Below are positions 1-7,477 of a stretch of 64,000 nt of DNA, piece by piece. The stretch's first letter is position 1, and every line of letters begins with the position of its first letter. A model generated the notes under the pieces. That model had not been told where the DNA came from, did not search any database, and saw only the letters and a program-made list of their open reading frames with translations. A program made the position numbers and the translations under genes. The DNA comes from a phage: the sequence record PV946933.1; one strand, 5' to 3'.

Positions 1-7
1 AGGTTAT

Positions 8-370
8 ATGAAAGCATATCAAATTCTTGAAGGCACGCATAAAGGTACTATTTATTTTGAAGATGGTATTCAAGCACGAATTATTGTCTCTAAAACTTTT
101 AAAGAGGACTCTTTTGTAGACCCAGAAATTTTCTATGGTTTGCATGCCCGTGAAATTGAAATTGAAACACAGCCTACAGTTAAAATTGAGGGTGGTCAAC
201 ACCTGAACGTAAACGTTCTGCGTCGTGAAACTCTGGAAGATGCAGTTAAGCATCCGGAAAAATATCCGCAGCTGACCATCCGTGTATCCGGTTATGCAGT
301 TCGCTTTAACTCTCTGACTCCGGAACAGCAGCGCGACGTTATCGCTCGTACCTTTACTGAGAGTTTGTAA
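8..370 (+). CDS. GrcA/YfiD-like autonomous glycyl radical cofactor (5' end may lie upstream of window)
   Basis: C-terminal glycyl-radical motif RVSGYAVRF and a C-terminal ~60 aa that, as I recall it, matches enterobacterial GrcA; T4 is known to encode such a protein (Y06I). No in-frame stop between window start and the first ATG. Confidence 0.8.
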   Translation: MKAYQILEGTHKGTIYFEDGIQARIIVSKTFKEDSFVDPEIFYGLHAREIEIETQPTVKIEGGQHLNVNVLRRETLEDAVKHPEKYPQLTIRVSGYAVRFNSLTPEQQRDVIARTFTESL

Positions 371-591
371 TGGCAAAGATAATTATTGAAGGTTCTGAAG
401 ATGTGCTAAATGCTTTCGCCGAGTGGTTTAGTAATTCAGGCGAACAGCAATTTAATGAAGCGTGGAACATGGGTGATATTAATGGAATTTATCCTACGAC
501 AGAAATTTCTGTTCAAGGATATGGCATTCATGAACCTATTCGTTTAGTTGAATATGATTTGGGAACAGGTGAGGAAGTAAAATATGATTGA
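370..591 (+). CDS. hypothetical small acidic protein (73 aa)
   Basis: ORF start overlaps upstream stop (TAATG coupling); phage codon usage. Confidence 0.45.
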   Translation: MAKIIIEGSEDVLNAFAEWFSNSGEQQFNEAWNMGDINGIYPTTEISVQGYGIHEPIRLVEYDLGTGEEVKYD

Positions 592-850
592 AGACATTAA
601 AGGCTATAAGCCACATACTGACGATAAAATCAGTAAAGTGAATGCTATCAAAGATGCTGAAGTTCGTTTAGGACTTATCTTTGATGCTTTATATGATGAA
701 TTCTGGGAAGCGCTAGATAATTGTGAAGACTGTGAATTCGCGAAGAATTATGCTGAAAGTCTCGATCAGTTAACTATTGCTAAAACGAAACTCAAAGAAG
801 CCAGTATGTGGGCTTGTCGTGCTGTGTTCCAACCAGAGGAAAAATATTAA
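584..850 (+). CDS. hypothetical protein (88 aa)
   Basis: ORF overlapping neighbours by a few nt, typical T-even packing. Confidence 0.45.
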   Translation: MIEDIKGYKPHTDDKISKVNAIKDAEVRLGLIFDALYDEFWEALDNCEDCEFAKNYAESLDQLTIAKTKLKEASMWACRAVFQPEEKY

Positions 851-1128
851 TGGCTCAATTAAGCGCAGGGTTTGGTTATGAGTATTATACTGCCCCTCGT
901 CGTGTATCTGTTGCTCCTAAGAAAATTCAAAGTCTTGATGACTTCCAGGAAGTAGTTCGTAACGCTTTCCAGGACTATGCACGTTATCTTAAAGAAGATT
1001 CACAGGACTGTCTCGAAGAAGATGAAATTGCTTACTATGAGCAGCGTCTTGAACAGCTTAAAAACCTACATGAGGTTCGTGCAGAAGTTACAAAGTCTAT
1101 GAATAAATTGATTAGATTTAAAGAATAA
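850..1128 (+). CDS. hypothetical protein (92 aa; ORF-track start at 808 is probably an upstream extension)
   Basis: ATG at 850 overlaps upstream stop (TAATG). Confidence 0.4.
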   Translation: MAQLSAGFGYEYYTAPRRVSVAPKKIQSLDDFQEVVRNAFQDYARYLKEDSQDCLEEDEIAYYEQRLEQLKNLHEVRAEVTKSMNKLIRFKE

Positions 1129-1130
1129 CT

Positions 1131-1160
1131 GTTTACTTTTCCTCTTGACTGTGGTATAAT
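1131..1160 (+). promoter_or_regulatory. T4-type early promoter
   Basis: GTTTAC-N18-TATAAT; flanked by inverted repeat 1139-1151 / 1169-1181 whose downstream arm contains the RBS. Confidence 0.7.
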
Positions 1161-1187
1161 TTTTCTATCAGTTAAGAGGAGAATAAC

Positions 1188-1649
1188 ATGACTATCAACA
1201 CAGAAGTTTTTATCCGTCGAAATAAACTCCGTCGTCACTTTGAGTCGGAGTTTCGTCAAATTAACAATGAGATTCGTGAGGCATCAAAAGCAGCAGGAGT
1301 CTCATCGTTTCATCTAAAATATTCTCAACATCTTCTTGATCGTGCAATTCAACGGGAGATTGATGAGACATATGTTTTTGAATTATTCCATAAAATAAAA
1401 GACCATGTTTTAGAAGTTAATGAATTCCTGAGTATGCCTCCACGCCCTGACATTGACGAGGATTTTATTGATGGGGTTGAATATCGTCCTGGGCGTTTAG
1501 AAATCACTGATGGAAATCTTTGGCTTGGATTTACAGTTTGTAAACCTAATGCGAAGTTCAAAGACCCGTCACTTCAGTGCAGGATGGCAATTATCAACAG
1601 TCGTCGTTTACCAGGAAAGGCTTCTAAAGCAGTAATTAAAACTCAATGA
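1188..1649 (+). CDS. hypothetical basic protein, 153 aa; length and map position fit RegB endoribonuclease but not verified
   Basis: Early promoter 1131-1160 and RBS AAGAGGAG upstream; basic composition. Confidence 0.5.
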   Translation: MTINTEVFIRRNKLRRHFESEFRQINNEIREASKAAGVSSFHLKYSQHLLDRAIQREIDETYVFELFHKIKDHVLEVNEFLSMPPRPDIDEDFIDGVEYRPGRLEITDGNLWLGFTVCKPNAKFKDPSLQCRMAIINSRRLPGKASKAVIKTQ

Positions 1650-1656
1650 GGTAAGC

Positions 1657-2202
1657 ATGAGAAAAGCACTACTCGCTGGTCTATTGGCCATTTCTATGAT
1701 GGCACATAGCTCCGAGCATACTTTCAGTAATGTCCAACTCGATAACATGCGTTACGCGTATCAATTCGGGGAACAATTTTCTAAGGATGGAAAATATAAA
1801 ACACATAAAAATATCCACAAGAGCGGATTAGGTCATATAATGGCTGCTATTTTATGGCAAGAAAGCTCTGCCGGAGTTAATTTAAAATCTAAACCAAAGC
1901 ATCATGCCTATGGAATGTTCCAAAATTATTTGCCGACCATGCGAGCAAGAGTTAAGGAACTTGGTTATAATATGACCGATGCCGAAATAAAAAGAATGTT
2001 GAATAAACGGTCCAATTCAGCTTCCTGGGCGTACATTGAACTTTCTTATTGGTTAAATATACATAAGGGCGATATAAGAAAGGCAATATCCTCTTATAAT
2101 TCGGGATGGAATGTTAAAGCAGGTTCTAAATATGCTTCTGAAGTCCTAGAAAAGGCTAACTACCTTAAAAATAATAAACTACTGGAAATAGTAAATGACT
2201 AA
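1657..2202 (+). CDS. secreted lytic-transglycosylase-like protein (SLT/lysozyme-like)
   Basis: N-terminal signal peptide MRKALLAGLLAISMMAHS; SLT-like motif AAILWQESS...YGMFQ. Confidence 0.55.
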   Translation: MRKALLAGLLAISMMAHSSEHTFSNVQLDNMRYAYQFGEQFSKDGKYKTHKNIHKSGLGHIMAAILWQESSAGVNLKSKPKHHAYGMFQNYLPTMRARVKELGYNMTDAEIKRMLNKRSNSASWAYIELSYWLNIHKGDIRKAISSYNSGWNVKAGSKYASEVLEKANYLKNNKLLEIVND

Positions 2203-2536
2203 AATTTTGGTTTTATGTGTAGGATTAATTTCATTTTCTGCGTTAGCAGATATATCATATTCTGAAGTTAGAGAGTATGTAAACCGTACTGCCGCGGATT
2301 ATTGCGGGAAAAATAAAGCATGCCAAGCTGAATTTGCGCAGAAATTAATATATGCATATAAAGACGGAGAAAGAGATAAATCAAGCAGATACAAAAATGA
2401 TACTTTATTAAAACGATATGCTAAAAAGTGGAATACCTTAGAATGTTCAGTTGCGGAGGAGAAAGATAAAGCCGCTTGTCATTCAATGGTTGACCGTTTG
2501 GTAGATTCTTATAATCGAGGATTGAGTACTAGATGA
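2195..2536 (+). CDS. secreted/periplasmic small protein with signal peptide and cysteines
   Basis: N-terminal hydrophobic signal MTKILVLCVGLISFSALA; several Cys. Confidence 0.5.
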   Translation: MTKILVLCVGLISFSALADISYSEVREYVNRTAADYCGKNKACQAEFAQKLIYAYKDGERDKSSRYKNDTLLKRYAKKWNTLECSVAEEKDKAACHSMVDRLVDSYNRGLSTR

Positions 2537-3012
2537 TTGTAAAATATATCAAGGGCGATATTGTCGCCCTATTTCTTCAAGGTAATATTATTGCGCACGG
2601 GTGCAATTGCTTCCACACAATGGGCTCTGGCGTAGCAGGTCAATTAGCAAAAGCCTATCCCAAAATTTTAGAAATAGATAAAACCACTACCGAGTACGGT
2701 TCTCGTGATAAATTAGGCGATATGTCTATTGTTTTTAAACACAGTCCTATAGGATTTGGTATATGCTATAACCTTTATACGCAATACGAACCGGGTCCTA
2801 ATCTTGATTATGGTGCTTTAGTAAACTGCATGATAGAATTAAATCTACAGGCAGAGACCCTTTTGTTTAAACCAGTAATTTATATTCCACGCATAGGTTG
2901 CGGTATTGCTGGCGGCGATTGGGATAAGGTTTCTAAATTAATCGACATGTTTACTCCTGATATTGATTTAATAGTGGTGGATTATGAAAGTACATTACCC
3001 GCATCCGTTTGA
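2533..3012 (+). CDS. macrodomain protein (ADP-ribose binding/processing fold)
   Basis: Motifs KGDIV...NIIAHGCNCFHTMGSGVAGQ and IYIPRIGCGIAGGDWDKV match macrodomain signature regions (GDIT...NAAN...GGGV / FPxISTGxYG). Confidence 0.65.
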   Translation: MIVKYIKGDIVALFLQGNIIAHGCNCFHTMGSGVAGQLAKAYPKILEIDKTTTEYGSRDKLGDMSIVFKHSPIGFGICYNLYTQYEPGPNLDYGALVNCMIELNLQAETLLFKPVIYIPRIGCGIAGGDWDKVSKLIDMFTPDIDLIVVDYESTLPASV

Positions 3013-3196
3013 TCCTAAAAACAAAGCAGAAATTATTCGTCAATGGGAACGCATTTGCCGTACTAAATGCCCAATTAATAGTTCTCATGATGTAGATAAA
3101 GACTATATTGGAACATTCGTTGAATATACCTTTATTGATAGGAAAGGTCGTAAACAACATGTAGAAGAATATTGCTTAAAGGTTACATGGTTATGA
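2984..3196 (+). CDS. hypothetical small protein (70 aa)
   Basis: ORF only. Confidence 0.35.
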   Translation: MKVHYPHPFDPKNKAEIIRQWERICRTKCPINSSHDVDKDYIGTFVEYTFIDRKGRKQHVEEYCLKVTWL

Positions 3197-3378
3197 GTCT
3201 GAGTAAAGAACAAAAAGATAAATTGTTTGAGCTTATCCATGAACTTCTAGATGAGCATACAGAAGCAAACACCTTTTATGATGAATACGGCCCGCTATCT
3301 CCCGAACAGCAAGAAGAATTTGCTGATCGGTTTGATAAGAAAGAAAATGAATTAATAGCTTATGTGAATACGCTTTAA
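3172..3378 (+). CDS. hypothetical small acidic protein (68 aa)
   Basis: ORF only. Confidence 0.4.
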   Translation: MLKGYMVMSLSKEQKDKLFELIHELLDEHTEANTFYDEYGPLSPEQQEEFADRFDKKENELIAYVNTL

Positions 3379-3387
3379 GAAGGTGAT

Positions 3388-3969
3388 ATGGCGAGTTTAA
3401 TTTTTACTTATGCAGCAATGAATGCTGGAAAATCTGCTTCTCTTTTGACTGCTGCACATAATTATAAAGAACGCGGAATGAGTGTATTAGTTCTTAAGCC
3501 TGCTATTGATACTCGCGATTCTGTCTGTGAAGTCGTTTCTCGCATTGGAATTAAACAGGAAGCGAATATTATCACGGATGATATGGATATTTTTGAGTTC
3601 TATAAATGGGCTGAAGCACAAAAAGATATTCATTGCGTATTTGTAGATGAAGCCCAGTTTTTAAAAACTGAACAGGTACATCAATTAAGCCGAATTGTCG
3701 ATACATATAATGTTCCTGTTATGGCTTATGGTCTAAGGACTGATTTCGCCGGAAAATTATTTGAAGGTTCTAAAGAACTTTTGGCGATTGCGGATAAACT
3801 TATTGAACTAAAGGCAGTTTGTCATTGCGGTAAAAAAGCGATTATGACAGCTCGATTAATGGAAGATGGAACACCAGTTAAAGAAGGTAATCAAATCTGT
3901 ATTGGTGATGAAATTTATGTTTCTTTGTGTAGAAAACATTGGAACGAATTAACTAAAAAGCTCGGTTAG
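3388..3969 (+). CDS. tk: thymidine kinase
   Basis: 193 aa; P-loop NAGKSAS; C-terminal zinc-binding cysteines CHCGKKA...C; matches T4 Tk length and organisation. Confidence 0.92.
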   Translation: MASLIFTYAAMNAGKSASLLTAAHNYKERGMSVLVLKPAIDTRDSVCEVVSRIGIKQEANIITDDMDIFEFYKWAEAQKDIHCVFVDEAQFLKTEQVHQLSRIVDTYNVPVMAYGLRTDFAGKLFEGSKELLAIADKLIELKAVCHCGKKAIMTARLMEDGTPVKEGNQICIGDEIYVSLCRKHWNELTKKLG

Positions 3970-3978
3970 TGCAAAAGT

Positions 3979-3986
3979 TATAAATA
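3979..3986 (+). promoter_or_regulatory. late promoter candidate
   Basis: TATAAATA consensus. Confidence 0.5.
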
Positions 3987-4011
3987 GGTTTATCTAACTA
4001 AAGGGGTATAT

Positions 4012-4224
4012 ATGCTACAATTAACTGAAAAGCAACTTCGCAATCTTACTGTTCTTCAATTAGATGAAATTCGTAGGGAAGTTGGAAATATCATTTCAGC
4101 TTTGCGTCGAGAAGTATCACTCAACCAATCTCCGGCAGACTATACTAGATTGCGAAATTTTGAAAAATACCTTGATAAAGTTAAGGCCGTGCATCGGCAT
4201 AAAGTAAATACAGGACAAAAATGA
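4012..4224 (+). CDS. hypothetical small protein (70 aa)
   Basis: Preceded by late-promoter-like TATAAATA at 3979-3986 and an RBS. Confidence 0.45.
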
Positions 4225-4236
4225 TAGGAGGCCTTT

Positions 4237-4530
4237 ATGGCCTTAAAAGCAGCGGCACTATTCGCCATGCTAGGATTAGCGTTTGTTTTATCTCCGCCGA
4301 TTGAAGCGAATGTCGATCCTCATTTTGATAAATTTATGGAATCTGGTATTAGGCACGTTTATACACTTTTTGAAAATAAAAGCGTAGAATCGTCTGAACA
4401 ATTCTATAGTTTTATGAGAACGACCTATAAAAATGACCCGTGCTCTTCTGATTTTGAATGTATAGAGCGAGGCGCGGAGATGGCACAATCATACGCTAGA
4501 ATTATGAACATTAAATTGGAGACTGAATGA
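4237..4530 (+). CDS. rI: lysis inhibition regulator rI (membrane anchored)
   Basis: 97 aa; N-terminal signal-anchor; sequence recalled as near-identical to T4 RI. Confidence 0.85.
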   Translation: MALKAAALFAMLGLAFVLSPPIEANVDPHFDKFMESGIRHVYTLFENKSVESSEQFYSFMRTTYKNDPCSSDFECIERGAEMAQSYARIMNIKLETE

Positions 4531-4913
4531 AATTCAGCGACTTTTCACAAAGTGGAAAACCTTCAAAGGCAGATGAATACTTAGGTTTATTAATGGCTGC
4601 ACAAGCTTATTTTCATTCTGCACATTTTGAAACTAAAAGTTATGCTAGACACAAAGCATACGATTTTATTTTTTCCGAGTTGCCAGATTTGATTGATAAA
4701 TTTGGTGAGCAATATTTGGGGTATTCTGGTAGAAAATACACACCTTCAATTCCAGATGCTAGTAAACTTCCTACCGACACAATTAAAATGATTGATCGTA
4801 TACTAGACCAATCTAACAGCATTTACAAAGAAATGCCTCCAGCCATTCAAAGCACGATAGATGATATTACTGGAATGTTTTATCAAAGTAAGTATCTTCT
4901 TTCCCTCGAATAA
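4527..4913 (+). CDS. hypothetical protein (128 aa)
   Basis: ORF start overlaps rI stop; followed by terminator 4918-4941. Confidence 0.5.
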   Translation: MKFSDFSQSGKPSKADEYLGLLMAAQAYFHSAHFETKSYARHKAYDFIFSELPDLIDKFGEQYLGYSGRKYTPSIPDASKLPTDTIKMIDRILDQSNSIYKEMPPAIQSTIDDITGMFYQSKYLLSLE

Positions 4914-4917
4914 CATT

Positions 4918-4941
4918 AGTCTCCTTCGGGAGACTTTTTTC
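4918..4941 (+). terminator. intrinsic terminator
   Basis: AGTCTCC-TTCG-GGAGACT plus T6. Confidence 0.8.
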
Positions 4942-4950
4942 ATTTTACCG

Positions 4951-4980
4951 GTTTACTTTCCATTTGAGCTGTGATACTAT
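4951..4980 (+). promoter_or_regulatory. T4-type early promoter
   Basis: GTTTAC-N18-TACTAT. Confidence 0.65.
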
Positions 4981-5008
4981 ACAACCATCGGATAAAGAGG
5001 AGAACATC

Positions 5009-5197
5009 ATGAAAATTGAAGCACTTAATCAAGAAGGAAATATCTACGTCATCATTAATGGTGATTTTTTCGTCGACATGGATGAAGTTACCAGTGAAGA
5101 ACTTGAAGAACTTCTTAAGAAACGTTATGATATGTGTGATGAAGCTGCAACTCACATGGCGTGTGCAATATTCTCTCTTTCATATGTGGTAGAATAA
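5009..5197 (+). CDS. hypothetical small acidic protein (62 aa; track ORF 4964 trimmed to the ATG with RBS AAGAGGAG)
   Basis: Early promoter 4951-4980; strong RBS. Confidence 0.5.
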   Translation: MKIEALNQEGNIYVIINGDFFVDMDEVTSEELEELLKKRYDMCDEAATHMACAIFSLSYVVE

Positions 5198-5400
5198 TGA
5201 TTAGTATCGAACAAGCAGATAAAATTAAAGAATTGGTAGCTTTAATTCGCAAAGCAGACGAGGAACTTAGTGACTTTGCTTGGTTTTCGGCAGGCATTGC
5301 AAATAAAGGCGCTGAAGAACTTGAAGCTAAAGTTGATAATGCTGTAGAAGCTTTAGATATGTTTCTTGATGAAATTATCGATCATAATACGAGAGTTTAA
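5197..5400 (+). CDS. hypothetical small helical protein (67 aa)
   Basis: TAATG overlap with upstream ORF; appears paralogous to the next two small ORFs. Confidence 0.45.
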   Translation: MISIEQADKIKELVALIRKADEELSDFAWFSAGIANKGAEELEAKVDNAVEALDMFLDEIIDHNTRV

Positions 5401-5402
5401 GT

Positions 5403-5597
5403 ATGCTGACATGCGAACAGTTTGAAAAAATCATTAAATTAGTACGTGATGTTGAAATAGATTCATATCAATTAGCAGTTGAGCATTGTGAAGGATATTC
5501 ATACGAAGGTATAGCAGCAGCTAAAAGGGATTTGGATAAATCTAAAGCTAAGTTAGTTCAATATCTTGAAATGATTAGGTGGAATAATGAAAACTGA
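5403..5597 (+). CDS. hypothetical small helical protein (64 aa)
   Basis: ORF; similar composition to neighbours. Confidence 0.45.
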   Translation: MLTCEQFEKIIKLVRDVEIDSYQLAVEHCEGYSYEGIAAAKRDLDKSKAKLVQYLEMIRWNNEN

Positions 5598-5760
5598 AAA
5601 GCAGATGTTTTTAATGAAGCTAATTGAAGAATATGCTAATGCAGTTTCTGACTATGAGTGTTCTTCTCGGGAAAGAGGTACAGCTTTCGCAAAGGAAGAA
5701 ATGAAAATCATGGTTGATGCTCACACAAAGCTTCAGAATTTTATTGAAAACGTCATTTAA
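5587..5760 (+). CDS. hypothetical small protein (57 aa, not in ORF track)
   Basis: ATG 5587 with RBS AGGTGG; overlaps upstream stop. Confidence 0.35.
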   Translation: MKTEKQMFLMKLIEEYANAVSDYECSSRERGTAFAKEEMKIMVDAHTKLQNFIENVI

Positions 5761-5762
5761 TG

Positions 5763-5792
5763 GTTTACAAGTTGGCAAGGTTATGGTATAGT
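5763..5792 (+). promoter_or_regulatory. T4-type early promoter inside 9-bp inverted repeat
   Basis: GTTTACAAG-N-TATAGT; arms GTTGGCAAG 5771-5779 and CTTGCCAAC 5796-5804. Confidence 0.65.
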
Positions 5793-5820
5793 AATCTTGC
5801 CAACTGCCAAGGAGAAGAGA

Positions 5821-5925
5821 ATGAAAGTTTTGTTTGTTGTGTATGTGATGATTCAATATAATTACCCAATGTTTACTTATAATCTGGTGAACAACATTAT
5901 TGATATTATTCAAAGGAGTATGTAA
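5821..5925 (+). CDS. possible hydrophobic micro-ORF (34 aa)
   Basis: Follows early promoter 5763-5792 and RBS AAGGAGAAG. Confidence 0.3.
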   Translation: MKVLFVVYVMIQYNYPMFTYNLVNNIIDIIQRSM

Positions 5926-5927
5926 TT

Positions 5928-6485
5928 GTGAGTGAGTCGAAGAGAATCAATATGAAACGATTAGTATTAGAAGTTAGTTCACTTTTTGGTGAATTGGCTA
6001 TAGAAAAAGTAAATAATATGTATCGTTTGACGCAAGAAGACGATATGCTATATTTTACGCCTAGTGAAATCATTCATTTAACCCAAATTGAAAATCCTTA
6101 TACTGATAAAATTGTAAGCATTAATGATGAGCATAAAATTCATTTTTATTCTTCATGCCCAGGATTTAATATTAAAAGTGAGTCAATGTGTTTATCAGTT
6201 ATTCATTGGGATAGTTTTATAGCTAAGATTAAATATTTTTATTATTCTAATGAAAGAAAACATAGTTTAAAATGGCTTAAAAATTGCAATGCTATTATTA
6301 CTAACGATTGCAATCAGAATGATGAAACTCTTTTAAATGTATCAAAATGTTATGAAGAAGGAGATGTCTTAACTATTCGTCAAATTGACGATTTTCGATC
6401 ACATATTGTCACATTTACCAAAGACGAAGCTATTGCGCTAAAGACTTATCTTGATTCTGTCATTCCAACTATGATTTCAAAGTGA
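5928..6485 (+). CDS. hypothetical protein (185 aa), paralog of 6492-7010
   Basis: Shared C-terminal motif (KDEAIALKTYLDSVIPTM vs KSEAEAMIKYLTTVTPSM); GTG start, or ATG at 5952. Confidence 0.55.
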   Translation: MSESKRINMKRLVLEVSSLFGELAIEKVNNMYRLTQEDDMLYFTPSEIIHLTQIENPYTDKIVSINDEHKIHFYSSCPGFNIKSESMCLSVIHWDSFIAKIKYFYYSNERKHSLKWLKNCNAIITNDCNQNDETLLNVSKCYEEGDVLTIRQIDDFRSHIVTFTKDEAIALKTYLDSVIPTMISK

Positions 6486-6491
6486 GGAAAT

Positions 6492-7010
6492 ATGTTTATT
6501 TCAAGTGAAAGTGGTTTAATTCGTGTTGAATTTAAAAATGACATCTTCCTTATTCAAGGAGATGATATTATTAAAATGAGTTATGACGAAATCAAGAAAA
6601 TTTGCCGTGCTCTTGAAAGTCATGGAAAAGTAAATGCTGTTATTGACATCGGTGATTTATGGGTGACACTTTATGAAGTATCCGAAGGATTTAACATTGA
6701 AGATGAAAATAACATCTTAGCTATTGATAAAAGAAGTGATTTGTTTGATGTATTAAAAGTTTATGAACAGTCAAACGGTGGAAGAAAAGCCGTATTGATT
6801 TATCAAAAACCACATTCATGTGGAACTGCTTCAATTATTTCAAATATTGAAGATGAAACTGATACTTATATGTGTGTTTTGAAAGCGGGCGGTGACCGTC
6901 ATCCGGATTTTATTTCTATTCGTCAAAACAATGGAGAAATTTCATTATCAAAATCAGAAGCTGAAGCTATGATTAAGTATTTAACAACTGTTACACCTTC
7001 AATGAAATGA
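6492..7010 (+). CDS. hypothetical protein (172 aa), paralog of 5928-6485
   Basis: See above. Confidence 0.55.
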   Translation: MFISSESGLIRVEFKNDIFLIQGDDIIKMSYDEIKKICRALESHGKVNAVIDIGDLWVTLYEVSEGFNIEDENNILAIDKRSDLFDVLKVYEQSNGGRKAVLIYQKPHSCGTASIISNIEDETDTYMCVLKAGGDRHPDFISIRQNNGEISLSKSEAEAMIKYLTTVTPSMK

Positions 7011-7477
7011 TAATTATGATTATTAATGAAAACTCTTGGCACTATAAATTATTCAAAATGTTTAATGATGAATGGAAACGACCTAAGACACTGTGTGCAT
7101 ACTTTTGGTCTATTGTCATTCCTACATTCTTCGTTTCTTTTTTCGGATGTACTATACTCGCAGGTCTAACTATCATCTGCGCAGAAATCATGCAGAAATG
7201 GCTTATTTTTGGTAGTTTATGGACTCTTATTCCATCAGCATTTATACTTGCCATTTTGCTTGTTTTACTTATTATCGGTTCATTTGTTATTCCTGCACAT
7301 TTGCGTGAAAAATATAAAGATTATAAATGGAAAAAGGATTATGCTTTACATGTAGAAAATATTGATAGGGCGTATAAAGGTTTACCTCCTATTCAACCCA
7401 AGAAATCTATTATCGTCGAATTTTTAAAAACGCGTAAAGCTAAAGTATGTCCTGTTATTGAATATAAGGCTAAATGA
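7007..7477 (+). CDS. multi-pass membrane protein (156 aa)
   Basis: Three to four hydrophobic helices; ATGA overlap with upstream and downstream ORFs. Confidence 0.55.
   Translation: MIIMIINENSWHYKLFKMFNDEWKRPKTLCAYFWSIVIPTFFVSFFGCTILAGLTIICAEIMQKWLIFGSLWTLIPSAFILAILLVLLIIGSFVIPAHLREKYKDYKWKKDYALHVENIDRAYKGLPPIQPKKSIIVEFLKTRKAKVCPVIEYKAK

Noticed and set aside
2533-3012. Whether the macrodomain ORF or neighbouring small ORFs correspond to the cyclic-nucleotide sponge Acb2 (T4 vs.4)
   Set aside because: The lengths (159, 70, 68 aa) and motifs do not fit what I recall of Acb2 (about 94 aa), and I cannot recall its sequence well enough to assign it; left unassigned.
5620-5913. Minus-strand 97-aa ORF across an early promoter and small plus-strand ORFs
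   Set aside because: It overlaps a strong plus-strand promoter and RBS and small plus-strand genes, has no expression signals of its own, and has low-complexity composition.
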